From Chromera velia (lineage: Eukaryota), in NCBI GenBank assembly GCA_018398765.1, contig JAHBMJ010000332.1, positions 186,001 to 238,912 on the forward strand: a stretch of DNA of 52,912 nucleotides. Direction: 5' to 3'. This document shows positions 1 through 23,070 of the stretch, piece after piece. The position numbers and the translations under genes were made by a program. Each line of letters opens with the position of its first letter. The first letter of the stretch is position 1. The notes under the pieces are model-generated. The model did no database searches and was not told the origin of the DNA. It saw only the letters and a list, made by a program, of their open reading frames with translations.

Positions 1-547
1 TATTCATCAGCCGTAGAGTGGCAGTCAGACAGTCAGACAGACTCATGCGAGAAAACACAAGAACCATGAACCTAGGAGAAACGAAAAGACGCATGCAATC
101 AAACAGAAACGAAGTACAAAAGCAAAGGGTAAATCAACGAAGCTGTACATGCGACTTTATGGCATAAGAAAAGATATGCAAGAAATAAAAGTCGAACGAT
201 CTCTCTCTCGTTCCCCGAAAACAAAAATAGAGAGAAGCACTGCTGTTCCCCTTTCCCTTCAAGAGCCACCCCACGAACCCAACCCGCTCAGACGCCCCGT
301 GTGTGAGGGAGGGTAGGATTGATCGGACCCCCTTTCTTTCTTTTTTCCCGTTCCCCCTCTCTTCCTGTTTCTCTCAACTTCTTCTTTTCTACTTTTTTAG
401 TCCTTTTGGATACCCCCTTCCCCTTCCCATTCTCCCCCCCGCTGTTCTTTCTCTTCTTACTCACCACACACAGATCACTGCCAGAGCAGCCACGCATACT
501 GGCCGTCTCCGGAAGCAGACATGAAGATTCACTCAGTTCAATTCAAT

Positions 548-1055
548 TCAAAGCACCAGGAGAGAGAGGGGCGTATCTGGAGGTACAGACTCTAGTTCCA
601 CATCTGGAAACATGAGCATGTCTCCCCCCACCTCCTCATTCTCATCAATCCTCTCCGCACAACTTCCCACATCGCTGTCCTTTCGTCGTCTGTGATGATG
701 GGAAGTTTGTCTGGACAGAAGACTGTGCGATCGGAGAATCGTCAGAGCATTGCGCAGAGGTGCAGAGACGAGAGACAGACGCTCCCTCATCTTCATCTTG
801 CGTCGACGCTTCTCTCTCTCAGGACACTCGACGTGACCAGCACCTGCCGCCGCCTGATCTCCTCCTGTGGAAGGCTGCACTCCCTCGCTCCCTCCTGACC
901 CTCCTGCCGCTCTCCTGTCGGGGCTTCCACCCTGAGCACCGACTGTCCCTCCTGTTCCCTCCTCCCCTCCTACGCCCACCCCTCCTGTCTCAGGAAGAAC
1001 ACCGACGCTCACCTCTGGGAGAGAGGATGACCTGCGAGGGCGGAACATTCTCATC
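548..1055 (-). CDS. Probable additional C-terminal exon of the CDPK (low-complexity tail)
   Basis: A potential donor (AATCAA|GTCAGT near 1501) can join in phase 0 to an acceptor (GTGCAG|ATG at 1055) that follows a pyrimidine tract. The frame is open to a stop at 548 (MRMFRPRRSSSLPEV...). No domain recognised. Confidence 0.45.
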
Positions 1056-1480
1056 TGCACGCACAGAAAGAAAGAAAGCAATAAAGAAAGAAATGGTGAA
1101 TCACATGTGGACACAAAAGAGGGGCAGAGCGGGGGAGCGGCAGCATTTGAGAGCACAAATCGAACTGAAAAGCTTGGGGCGGGAGGGGGGGGGGTCGAGA
1201 ACGTACAATGGCAGACTCCAAACGCAAAAAGAAATCCTATACACTTTCATTCTGACAGCACACCTGAGGTGCTCTCACAAGCCAGCTACGCCTTTTGGAA
1301 ACAAAAGGGAAGGAAAGAAAGAGACGGAATACAAAAAAGAAAGGACCAAAACTGCATCCAACGAATGATGAAGAGGGGTCCCCAATCAGCACGAAACGAA
1401 ATCGAACGAAATAAAATGATCAAATCCGAAAGAGTCCTACAAGCTTTCCCTAGTTCTTTCTCTCGTCTTGTCCTAACCAC

Positions 1481-2262
1481 TCAGCAATGAACCCAACTGA
1501 CTTGATTCAGAGAGAAGGAGACGGAGCGCTGTCTCTTTGCTCCCTTCTCTCTTGCTTCCGACATCGCCCGTGAGAGAGACAGGGGAATAGCATCCTTCTC
1601 ACTGAAGGAGTCCTGCATGGCCGTCCAAAATTCCTCAAAGTCGATCTTCCCGTCTCCGTTCTTGTCGAATTCGGCCAGAATCTGGTCCAGCGTGTGGTGG
1701 TGGTGTTTCTGCATCCATCCACAAGTGGAGAAGAAAGAACAGAATGTCAGACCAACCAAGGAAGGTTCAGTCAACAATATAAATTTACCAGAGGGACGTT
1801 CCCATGCACCCCATGGAGCCCAGAAAGAAGCAAGAAAAAACAGCTCTATCTCCTTCCTCTTCCACTTTCATATAGCGGAACCGGTACCACGAAGAGCCAA
1901 CTTCCACCACTCCCGGAGGAATCCGAGCACCAACACAAACAAAGCATCACCAAAGGAAGAAGACCAGTAACCAAGCTGATTCATGGACTGAATGGATGAA
2001 CGAGACTCAGAATGAATGCAGGAGCGAGAGAAGGAAGGAATAAAGGCTGAGAAAGGCAGGAAACAGGAAGGGAAAAAAGAAGCACAGGGCCAAACCGCTG
2101 CCTCTCTTCCCTTCTTTTCTGGAGAAGCGACTGACGTCAAGGCACATCACCTTCCTCATCTGCTTGGCCGTGATGAATCCCGTATTTCTCTCATCAAATT
2201 TCGAGAACGCCCGACGCACCATGTCCTGCAAACAGAAAGAGAAGACAGGCAGACAGGCAGAC

Positions 2263-2305
<43 letters not shown>

Positions 2306-5300
2306 GAACAGGCCGTCAGTCCGAAAAAAAAACAGATTGATACACGGTAAACGTCCCAAAGCCACATACCAAAAAAAGGTGCCTCCCACATGAGACCTTG
2401 CCGATCCCAGAGATACCGCCGCCATGAAGGCCTGATGGCTGTAACGACTTTCACGCCTATTCTTCCACTCTGCATGTTTCCTCTCCCCTCTTCCCTCTCC
2501 TTTTCGTCCAGTCCCGCTCTCAACCACTGAGGAGGTCTACGCAGTTCCCGTGATGGTTGAAAGGAAAAGAAAAGAAAAAAAAGAATGAACGAATTCATGT
2601 AGACAATAAATATGCCGACCGACTGACCTCGTGCATGCAGAGTCGTGTCTGCATCACAGCGGCAACAAATTCTGTATACTGGATTTCGGAGTGACAGGTG
2701 TCGTCGAGGGACAGGAAGAGCTCTGCGGACTCGTCCTCGGACAACCCGAAATTCTCCCGCATCGCCGCAACAAAGTCGTGAAGGCTGATCGATCCGTTCC
2801 CTGATGGATGGATGAATGGGTGCATTCATGGATTGATTGCACAGGCATTTGGTTAGACCACACACACATGCGCGTAGGCGCTCAACTGAAGACGACACCG
2901 CGTCGAAGAGAAGAGAAGAGAAGAGAAGATGAGCCCCTCCTTCCTTCACGCCCCCCCTGTCCCTCTTCATCCTACCCTGTGCAAGCCCATGCAACCCAAC
3001 CAAGTCCCTCTGTGAGATCTCGGCATTCAATTCACTCCCGAGACGGGATACAAAAGTCAGTGAGTGAGTGATCCTCTTGACAGACTCGAACGAACTCCAG
3101 GAGGGTCCATATCCCTCCCAGCGGCTTTGTCATCCTCTCTGTCCATCTGTCTGTCTTCTGACTGACCGACCGACCCGATTTGTCAAATTCGAAGAAGGAC
3201 TGTGCGAGCTCGTCGATCTCTCCGGACGTCAGGCTGTATGCCATCACAGTCAGGGCAACGCGCTTCACCTTGTTGGCCTTCGCAAACCTGCAGACAGACA
3301 GGACGACCGTACACTTACCAAAATGCACCACGTCAGAGAACCGACGTTCATGCATTTTTCCTTTCAATGTCTCTCGCACAACTGCCACTAATGTGAGCAG
3401 GGCCAGCCCCTAGTTTCATTTTGCCTTCCTCAGAGCACCCGAAATGAACGAACAGACAGAAAGGGAAGTGAAAAGAAAAAACCGCCTGCTGTGAGAACAG
3501 GGTAAAAGAGAACAGAAGTCAGCTGTTGAATCCATCCATCCTTGTTCCTTCCAACTCTTTATACGTGTCGTCATGCATACCTATCTCTCTGGAGAGAAAC
3601 AAGTAAGCAAGCAAGCGCATGCGATCGATCGAGAGGCTGACGTACCTCCTGAACGCCTGCAGGATCGACGAATCGATTCGAGAGTGCGGAGGTGGTGAGG
3701 AGGGGGCCGCAGCTGTGCAGACTGAGAGCGAGGGCGTCTGAGAGAAGGTCGAGGACACCAGAGACGGGACGGTGGAGCATGTGGGGGCACTGGGGGGAAG
3801 AAGGGGAACGATCCCAAGGGTAGACGTCTTGGGGGGGGAAGAGAGAGTTGTTGGGAGAGGCTCTCCCTCTGCCAGAGAGAGCGGAGGGGGGGGAAGCAGG
3901 GAGGCCGGGGAGGCCTTTGCACCGGCAAGCATTGCTGCTTCGTCCCTGGCCCTGACTGCTCTCTGGATGAACTCATGCTGCATGGCTTCGTGGGCTGTCA
4001 TCCTCTTTTGGGGGTTGACGACCAGACAGCGTTTGACGAAGTCCTTCGCTTCAGCTGAGATCGAATCCCACCTGCAGGCAAGCAGGGAGGACAAACAACA
4101 CAGACAGCAGTCATGTGAGGAGGGTTGAAGGGTCTCTTTGCATTGGTCTCCTTTGAGCTTCTCTTCGACAATTGAAAGGAAATAAAAGAACGGAGAGATT
4201 CCATAACGACTCCAACGGATCCGACTCCAGCAGAGCGAAAGCGCAACGAAAACCCGACATCAGAGGACACCGACAAGAACGATAGCAATGCACTCAACAA
4301 CCCCATGCAGCCTCAAGGACAACAAAGCCATTTGAAACGAACACCTTCGGAAGGAATTGTGATCACACACACAATCCGTTGGAAGGATTTGTGAGATCAC
4401 ACAATCCGACACCGCTCTGCATGCTGAAGAATGCTGTGCAACCACCCTGTGCTGGGCATGGCTGGGCACCACCACAGAGGCACGCCCGGCCACCGCACAT
4501 ACAGGCATCACAAGCAGCAGAGATCAAGCGAGCCCCCCAAACTATCCTGTAGATGTAACGCCGGGCCTCTGCTCCCCCGCCGATCTGTCGATCAACGAGG
4601 TCGTTTTGCTCGCTTCTATTATAAAAGGTGTCGCGCAGGCCTTGCAGACCAAGGGCAGGATCGAGTTAGTGGAGACAAACCCGAGAAAATTTGCTAAGGA
4701 CTGACAACTTCATACCCATTACCAACCACCAGTGACGGCCAGTATACAAAGAACGAGACAGGTTGAGAAGAAAACTGCACGAAGAATGAAACAATTCGAC
4801 TGACTCCCTTCCTGTCATCTTGTACTTTCCCTTGCAGATCCTGTTCAACGTCTCTTCTTTCTCCTTCGCGTAGAACGGAGGTGTCCCTGCCAGCAACATG
4901 TAGACGATAACCCCCATGGCCCACATGTCGACGGCAATGGAGAACTCACGGGACTTGACGCTCTCAGGCGCCAGGTAGTACAGAGTCCCCACTACTGCCT
5001 GCACGCTGCTGCTCAAGTTCGGGTGGAAGAGCCTCGAGAACCCGAAGTCGATCAGCTGCACGCACGCACACAAAGCAAAAAGGGATGAAAGTGTTCAGGA
5101 TATTCACCGTCCTCGTGGTTCTTTCTGGGATGCTCTCAATGCAAAAATACCTCTTTTTTCCCTCCCTCTCCCACGAACTTCGAGGCCCAGCCCCCAGGTG
5201 TCGAAACCACAGACAGACTCAACAACCAGCCCTTTCTCCCCACCTCACTATTCACTCACTCACTTACTTACATACACTCCATGATTGCGCTACGGTGCCA

Positions 5301-6798
5301 TTTGAACGATTTCTCTGAATACACTGAGCAGACAAAAGAGGCACCCACCCACCTTCAGTTTCGCACCCGGCTCATCAGACTCATAAAGGAAGTTCTCGAG
5401 TTTCAAATCCCTGTGCACGATGTTGTGAGCGTGCAAGTACTCGACTGGGAGCAGCATCTCCCTCGTCGCAGCTGCAGCGTCCACCTCGCTGTACGTCTCC
5501 ACCTTCGCCAGCCTCTCGTAGAGCTGCTGACCGGAACAATACTCCATCACCAGACGCACAGAGTCGTTGTCTTCGAAGACATCCATCAGTCTGCAAGGAA
5601 AACAGAAAGAAAATCAGGCTAGTCGCTACGTGCGTCGATGAGTCATCATGTTTGACCTTATCAAGTATCCTTGTGTTTCTTTCTCTGTTGAACGAGTCCA
5701 ACTCTGTTGGTCAGTGAACTACAATATCAAGGCTGATAATGTAGAAAAAGCAAAGGAGCAACCAGTCACGACTCCTCGCGCCCGTATCGTCGAACAGTTT
5801 CGTGACTGGATCTACGAGAAGCAGCAGCAGCAGCAGGGTATCTCTAGAAATGGTTAACGCAGGTCAGGGAATGTAGTAGGGAAGAAAGGAGGCGTTCATT
5901 TTTGCCATTTTCCTTTCTCTCTGAAAGGGTCATCTCTCCCGTTCTCTCCGATTTCCTTCCTTTGGCGGCCTCCTTTCCCCTTCTTCCCGCCTGCAGTCCC
6001 CTTTGCTGCTATCTTTTCACACTTACCTGACGATGTGCGGGTGGTCAAGTTCGAGGTACCTGCAGGGGGAGGAAGAGGTGAATCAATCGACGGACTCTTT
6101 CTCGGTCGTGCATGGCTCTACGTGTGTGCGGGAGAACGAAGGGAGGGATGCGTGCCAAGGGCGGCAAACTCGGAATGAGGACGTCCGAAGTAAAGAAGGG
6201 GAGGGAATGGGAGAACGTCACAAAGGAGAAGAGGACGGGAATCAGGACCAGTCCATATCGAGACGGCGTAACGAATAAGGGGGAGGGGAAGGGCAAATGA
6301 AAGATGGGAGGAGCCGCAAAGTGCTCAGCAGGCAGCGGATGAGAGAGAAGTACATTGTTGAGCTTGCGTCGGGAACAATAGCAAGTGAGGAAATGAATCC
6401 GGAGGAGGGCAGAAGTCCAAGCAGGCAGGCATGTAAAAGAGGTTGGAACAAGAGACAGGTAGTAAACAAAGAGTAGAGAGCGGGGTGACAGAAGGAAGGA
6501 AGGTGGGTCATACGAAGGAGTTATGATAGACGTACAGTGAGGCCTCGTTTCTGATCAGTTCGATCACTTCTTGTTTCTCTGGGTGCTTCTTCAAGGTCTT
6601 CATGGCATAGGGCCTCCCGTCCAGCTTCCCCCGCACCAATCGCACAGGCCCCGTGAATCCTGTGCCGAGGACGGTTTCTGTTTTCTCATAGTGGTCGTAC
6701 ACACTTCCTCGACAGTGAATACGAGCGGCTGTTCGTGGATGGGAGTTGTCTTTGGGGAGCTGCTTCAGCAGCCGAGGTCCTTGACAGGCATTCCCCAT
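1481..6798 (-). CDS. CDPK: Calcium-dependent protein kinase (kinase domain plus 4 EF-hand calmodulin-like domain), multi-exon
   Basis: Hand-spliced exons, all GT-AG: 6798-6536, 6059-6027, 5590-5353, 5055-4805, 4071-3646, 3287-3175, 2800-2628, 2225-2151, 1708-~1481. Motifs: MGNAC N-terminus, LGTGFTGPV, YAMK, LDHPHIVRL, HRDLKLEN, DFG, GTLYYLAPE, DMWAMG, WDSISAEAKDFV. EF-hands DKSGNGSISLHD, DDTCHSEIQYTE, DERNTGFITAKQ, DKNGDGKIDFEE. The 3' end is uncertain and a small exon may be missing before 1708. Confidence 0.95.
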
Positions 6799-7016
6799 AA
6801 TGACCCAAGTCCACGCGGAGGTGGCAACGTAATCGCCTTTTCGGCCGGAAGTTGCCCACTGGCACAGAGGGGAACAGCAGAATGGAGGTACAGAGAAGAT
6901 GCGACGCTATCGTGCGACAGAAACGACTGACGATTGGGTGTAACTGCGTGATTGTGGCTGTTCTGTCGACTTAGAGGAGTGAAGGAAAGGGGTATAATGG
7001 GGTATACGTACGGGAT

Positions 7017-7051
7017 ACACCCAACCAGTTGGGTGAGTGCCTCGGGGGGCC
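7017..7051. repeat. 35-bp hairpin-containing direct repeat, copy 1
   Basis: acacccaaccagttgggtgagtgcctcggggggcc; 34/35 identical to 7627-7661; contains the palindrome cacccaac-NN-gttgggtg. Confidence 0.85.
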
Positions 7052-7330
7052 ATTTAGGGGGTCCGCTCAATTCCGCTCATATTTGATTGGTGCACACCAT
7101 CGGGGGCTTAGGCATGTCTTGTGTGCTGCCATGGGGCGGGGGCCACGGCAACACGCGCGAAGTATATGCTTTTCGGGGTGCATGTGCAACTCCGTGCGAG
7201 TTACACTTGAGGGGCACGCATGCGCAAAGTAAGTAAAGCATGCGCGATGACGGCTCCGTGCGAGTTGCTTGAGGGGCACATTTTGGAACTCGGGCGACAC
7301 CGACTGTACGTGACGGAGACCGAACCGGCC

Positions 7331-7423
7331 GATCCCCCCCTCAAAATGCGTTATGCGAGTGCGTGCGATCTCAGGGCCTCTCGGCTGATCTCAGCAGAGC
7401 TGAGCTGCCCCCCGAGGCGACGC
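7331..7423 (+). repeat. Dispersed ~90-bp GC-rich repeat, copy 1
   Basis: The core of about 76 nt (gcgttatgcgagtgcgtgcgatctcagggcctctcggctga...ccccccgaggcgacgc) matches 31105-31180 with about 8 mismatches. Both copies are preceded by gat-C-run-aaaat. Confidence 0.8.
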
Positions 7424-7626
7424 GAGGCAGACTTGTCAGCGTCCGGCCGGGGCGGCGGGGCCCATGCATGCGTGGCACGTGCCGGGGCCCTGCATGGGCC
7501 ACCATGCCCACCAGATTGGGTCGAACAGTGGCCACGGCTTGCCCATGGATCGCATATGTTTGCTGCATGGGGCCACGGCTTCATCTCTAATTAATTGCAT
7601 ATGAGATACATCAATCATCGTACATC

Positions 7627-7661
7627 ACACCCAACAAGTTGGGTGAGTGCCTCGGGGGGCC
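7627..7661. repeat. 35-bp hairpin-containing direct repeat, copy 2
   Basis: acacccaacaagttgggtgagtgcctcggggggcc, 610 bp downstream of copy 1. Confidence 0.85.
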
Positions 7662-7917
7662 CTGGAGGCATTGTTAGCAAGCAGGCGACTACCTCGCAGG
7701 CGCCGGTATAGCTCTGAGTAAGCATGAAATCGAACCTTTAAGGGTGAACAAAATCATTAAAAGCAGGTCAATGTGATGAATTTGAATCATACAGTTAAAT
7801 GTGGCCGTAGTAAAGTGTATGTTGGTAAAATATAGTAAAATAGAAAATCATTATACAATAAACTATGCATAAGAGAAGGGATATACTGTTGCAGAAGAGA
7901 AGTCTGCACCTCATATC

Positions 7918-8666
7918 TGTGAAAGTAAACGACAGTCCCGTTCCTGGTTGGATTCGCGGAAGGTGAATTCCGGTCCCGGCATTTCCATTCGTCCCTTCGC
8001 CCCGAGCCAGAGAAAGGAGCGACGCGCACGCAGCGGCCCGTACACATCGGGTGGCGGGGCGCCTGCAACAGAGGAGTGCATGTTGTGAGTTCCATGGTAT
8101 GGCCCGCATGCACTTTGGCGTTAGAAATACACCCGAGGCACTCACCGTAGTGGTGTGTGCTCCGGGGCTTCATATGGGATTTAAATAGGCCAATGGTGCG
8201 GTTATGCCATCGGAGGCTTCAGAATTAATTCCGGTCCCGAATTAATTTCTAGACAGTCAGACAGACGTGCACGGCGGTTACCGTCCGTTTGAATGAGAGA
8301 CGTGATCTAGGGATTGACAGAACTTCATGTGTAGGATCTGTACTGTGCCCTATATCTCTTTGTGGTTCTTTTGTGCTCTGAGTAATGCACAAGGCCACCA
8401 GCAGGAGCATACTGTGGACTGTAGGAGTTCATAGATTTTCTGTCTGGTGAAGAGACTGATCAGATATTTATTTCGGATTATCTGTATCGGTCTAGACGAG
8501 TACGTCACGGAGACGTATTCGCTGTGATCCTCTAATAGGTGAGGGCCAGGAATTCGGGAGTATAGCAGTTTGAGGAGTCCTCTGGATAGGCTAGAGGATC
8601 GATACAGGAGGGCCCATAGGATTCTACTGGAGGAATCTCAAGAGAGGTGAGACTCTACTTTTCACT
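7918..8666 (+). repeat. 5' LTR (bounded by ATATC on both sides, like a solo LTR)
   Basis: Starts tgtgaaag and ends cttttcact (imperfect terminal inverted repeat). About 97% identical to 23071-23819. ATATC at 7913-7917 and 8667-8671. Confidence 0.92.
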
Positions 8667-9332
8667 ATATCACCTCTAACTTCTACCATTTAACATTTTG
8701 TTGTACTTGAAAAAAGATGCTATAGGAAAAAAAAAAATTAGAGCATATATATGCATATACAAGATTTTGTAAGTATGACGTATAAAAGCTAGGTATAGAA
8801 GTATTATGTGTGCGAATATTAACTTCATATTTACTAGGGTTAGGGTTTTTTACAGAAATATTTAGGAAATAATGTTATATGTGAAAGAAGATAAATGAAA
8901 TAGATTGATATTTTCTACATAATTCTGAAGTAAACATTGAGTGTGAACTACAGTCTAGAGATATGTATAAGTTTAATTTTTTTTTTATATTTTTCATTCA
9001 AAAAGGAATTATGATAAAGAATCTAGTAAAAGATAAATATTTATTCAGAGAATTGAATGGTGTAAAGAAATCAATTATTTCTATGGTGTAGAACATTGAA
9101 AGAATGCATGATCGAGTAAGACCATATGATCAATCACAAAAAGAATATACATGCATGATCATTGCGAGTTGTATTGCAGGATCGAATGCACCGCTGTGAT
9201 TTTAGTTGATTTGTAGTACATATTGGTGAATAGTAGATCTGTGCAGAGCTAGGAACAAGTGTTTTAATGGAAGGAATTTCAGTCATGTGAACACTGCATG
9301 TGCAGTAGAAGTCAGTAGAACTGTATATACGT
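8667..9332 (+). repeat. Copy of the element's 3' flanking DNA embedded behind the 5' LTR
   Basis: Aligns with 23820-24484 with about 11 substitutions, all transitions, plus homopolymer length differences. AT-rich. Confidence 0.92.
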
Positions 9333-9382
9333 TAGGATTCCATTAGAGGAATCTTAAGAGAGGTGAGACTCTACTTTTCACT
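9333..9382 (+). repeat. Third, partial LTR copy (last 50 bp of U5)
   Basis: taggattccattagaggaatcttaagagaggtgagactctacttttcact matches 8617-8666 and 23770-23819. Confidence 0.9.
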
Positions 9383-9400
9383 GGCGCCGTCACTGAGGGA
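9382..9400 (+). promoter_or_regulatory. Primer binding site (PBS)
   Basis: TGGCGCCGTCACTGAGGGA sits directly at the LTR end. TGG is complementary to tRNA CCA and overlaps the last LTR base. The priming tRNA was not identified. Confidence 0.75.
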
Positions 9401-9469
9401 GTCTCCCGTTGTCACTCCGACAACATTCCCCTTGTTGTATTCCCGATTCCCTACTATAGGTGACTTACC

Positions 9470-20330
<10,861 letters not shown>

Positions 20331-23052
20331 ATCTGGCGGCGTGGAACTTCTGGAGGGGAGGGGTGCAGGGCCTTTTCTTTCTCTCTTTTATGTCCTGTTT
20401 CTGTCGTCTGCTCTTTTTTCTCTGTCGTCCCTTTGCAGGTAGGCGTGTATAGGGTTCGGCTTTGCTCAGGGTGGGGACGACTAGGGTTTGGGTTCGGGCA
20501 TAAAAGGAGCTAGATAGGCTGGAGGTACTGTTCGTCCCTTTTATCCGTTTCTCTCTCTCGTTAATCTGTTCTCCCAGATAGGTGACTAGATAGGGCGGTG
20601 ACAAGAAAGAGGGGCAGGAGACGAGGGGCAGGAGACAAGGGGTCTCCTGCTGGGTGGGCGTGGGCTCAGCCAGGCAGGAGAGCAAGAAGAGTTAGGCAGG
20701 AAAGCAAGAAAGCCAGAAAAGCGGGTCCTCTTCTGCTGCACCCTTCCATACACCTCCGCAGCCATGCGTGTTCGGTAGTTGTCCTGTTCTGTCTCGTCCT
20801 GTTTGTGTTCGTATGTGTTTATGTGTTTCCCGCGCTCTGGCGTAGTTGACGTATGTGCCTCTGCATCATGGGCAAAGCATCCAATGCTCGGGCAATGCAT
20901 GAGGCCAAGCAATAGGCGGGCCCAAAATTTATGTAAACCGAGCATTAAAAATTTGTTTGGGGCAGTTCGGGTGGAACAAACGATCATAGACTACGGTCAA
21001 TTACGTGGGGTGTATGGGCGGGTGGATCCAACGTTCATGAGGAGGTATTACCCTGTCTGTTCGCATCCGTTGTCCTGCACTCCGTGTTTGGTGCCCGTCT
21101 GTATAAGAAATCCATGTGCAGGAAACAGACGGGCTGTTTACGTGGCGAAGGTGAGTGCCCAAAGCACTCAAACAGTCCGATCCCTGTGCGCTTTCCTTCC
21201 TCCGTTTTGAGCAGAATGGGCCTGGCCAGAACAGTTAGGCAGCCTGAAAGAATGCTGTCAGCTGGCATGGGGAGCGTGAAGGATTTTGTTTGTGTCCATT
21301 CATGATCTGGCTGCCTGTCTGCGCTTCGTTATGGTGATGGAGTTGGCATGCTGCCTGACCGACGCTTTGATCTGTACTTTCGTCTCACTCCCTGCAGGGC
21401 TTAAATTTGTATCACCCCCAAGTGAATCCATGGGAGAATGTAGACAGAAAGGGGGGAGGGTGCTCATAGGGAGCATCACGTTTGGCAAGTAGCAGCCTAG
21501 GCAGGGGGAAAGACCGCTGTGCGCACACTGATACTTTTCGTCTCTTTATCTCCTCTCTCTATGCACAGCGCTTTAGCAGGATCGCAAGGGCGCCCTGCGT
21601 TCATGATGAACTGTCCCGGTCGGATGTGTAGCTGCCGTGCAAGAGAGACCTGATCCAAGTGCAGGGGGCATTTTGGGTGAGAATGAGAGCTCAGGTGTGT
21701 TGTGGGCGTTTCTTTCCTCTGCCGGCCTCTCATCCTGCTTGAAGCCTATACTCCGCGTTGGGAGGTCAGGTTAGGGGTGAGTGTAAGTCCGGGTGTGATC
21801 GGTTTTGTAGGTTTGTATTTATGAAATCCTTTCCCCAGAAGGTCAGGGGAGTGCGTGGTAGCTCTCCTGTGATTTTTAATTGTTTCCGCAAGGCATGCAT
21901 GAAGAGGTCAGGGGTGCCTTGGGGGCACCTTCTTTGAAGTGCAGTTCGGTTTTGTATATCTGTTTTCTCTCCCTCTTTCTTCTTTGTTTGGATTTTCGCA
22001 CGGCCCGGGGAAGCTCGTCGCATCATGGGGGCATGCATGGACGGTGTACACTAGACGGGTATGGGCATCTTCGGGTTTTCCCTTATTCAATTCGTTTTTA
22101 CAGACGGAAAGGAGCTGGGAGGGAGAGGCCTTCCCAACCTGTCTATGGAGGCAGAAACCTTTCGCAGTCGTGTTTTCCTTGAGCTGCCGGTTTGCGTTAG
22201 GGGTCCTAACCCATTGCCGACCCGAACTAGAGTAGGGTGGGCACGGCATGCAGAATATTTTCCCTTCTTTGTGTGGTGGTCGGTGGCCATCCACACATAC
22301 CGTGGATCTAAGTGCGTGAAAGAAGGAAAAGAAGAATCTGGGGAGAAGGTGGTAAGGACTTTGCTTTTGACAGGCCTGGTCTGGGAGATTAGGTCTCCTT
22401 GCCAGGGGGCAGGGCATGCTGAAGCTGTCAATGGCTCTTGGTTTCCAAAGAACTGCATTTTGGTTACATGAGGACTGCTTGTGTTTTGTTTGCCTTTCTT
22501 TCTTTTATTTCTTTCGAACGTTCAGAGCAGGGTGCGTCCGGAGCAGGAAGCATGGCAGGTAGCGCGGGCTCCTGCATGCTAGATGTCTTCGGTTTTCTGC
22601 ATGTGGGGCGGGGCTACATCTGGAGGCAGATAGGCTGTGTGTCCTATGCGTTCATTAGCATAAGTAGGCATGGGCTGGGGGCCTGTGTTCTTCTGTGCTG
22701 TTCCTTCCACTTTTCCCGATGTGGTTTCGTTTTTATCCCGTTCTTTCAGCCAGGTTGGCTGGTATCCATTTCTCTGTATGCCCTGCACACGCGTGAGCCC
22801 GGTATGCTCTCACTTGTTAAAGGATAATAAATGACATCTGGAGAGGACGGCGCGTAAAAGCATGAGAAAAAGGAATGAGGAGAGAAGAGGTCAACGATAC
22901 ATGAGTAATTCTTTTGTAATTGTGCAACAAGAAACGAGGAAACGGAAAAATTGGAGAGCCGGGTGATTAAAGAACGGTCTTTTCTCATGCTTCCTGATTC
23001 TCCCTCGTCAGAGGGGGGTGTGTTGTGCTGCGTGCTCCATAGTCTTTCCTCA

Positions 23053-23068
23053 GGGGCTCGGGAGGGGG
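23053..23068 (+). promoter_or_regulatory. Polypurine tract (PPT)
   Basis: ggggctcgggaggggg, 2 nt upstream of the 3' LTR. Confidence 0.8.
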
Positions 23069-23070
23069 TG

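Noticed and set aside
4349..4408. ~30-bp tandem duplication in CDPK intron 4
   Set aside because: Ordinary local slippage duplication.
5648..5857. 69-aa antisense ORF inside CDPK intron 2
   Set aside because: Short, no recognisable motif and no independent support.
7017..7661. CRISPR-like palindromic 35-bp repeats
   Set aside because: Only two copies, 610 bp apart, in a eukaryotic context with no cas genes.
7787..8173. Minus-strand ORF MKPRSTHHYG..., with paralogue at 22985-23326
   Set aside because: The similarity simply reflects the two LTRs; the ORFs run across LTR boundaries into unrelated sequence.
8836..8848. TAGGGTTAGGGTT telomere-like motif (also at ~23988)
   Set aside because: Only two units inside the duplicated flank; too short to call an interstitial telomere.
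20331..23068. env-like gene
   Set aside because: No long or stop-repairable frame with signal peptide or TM organisation was recognisable; only short overlapping ORFs.
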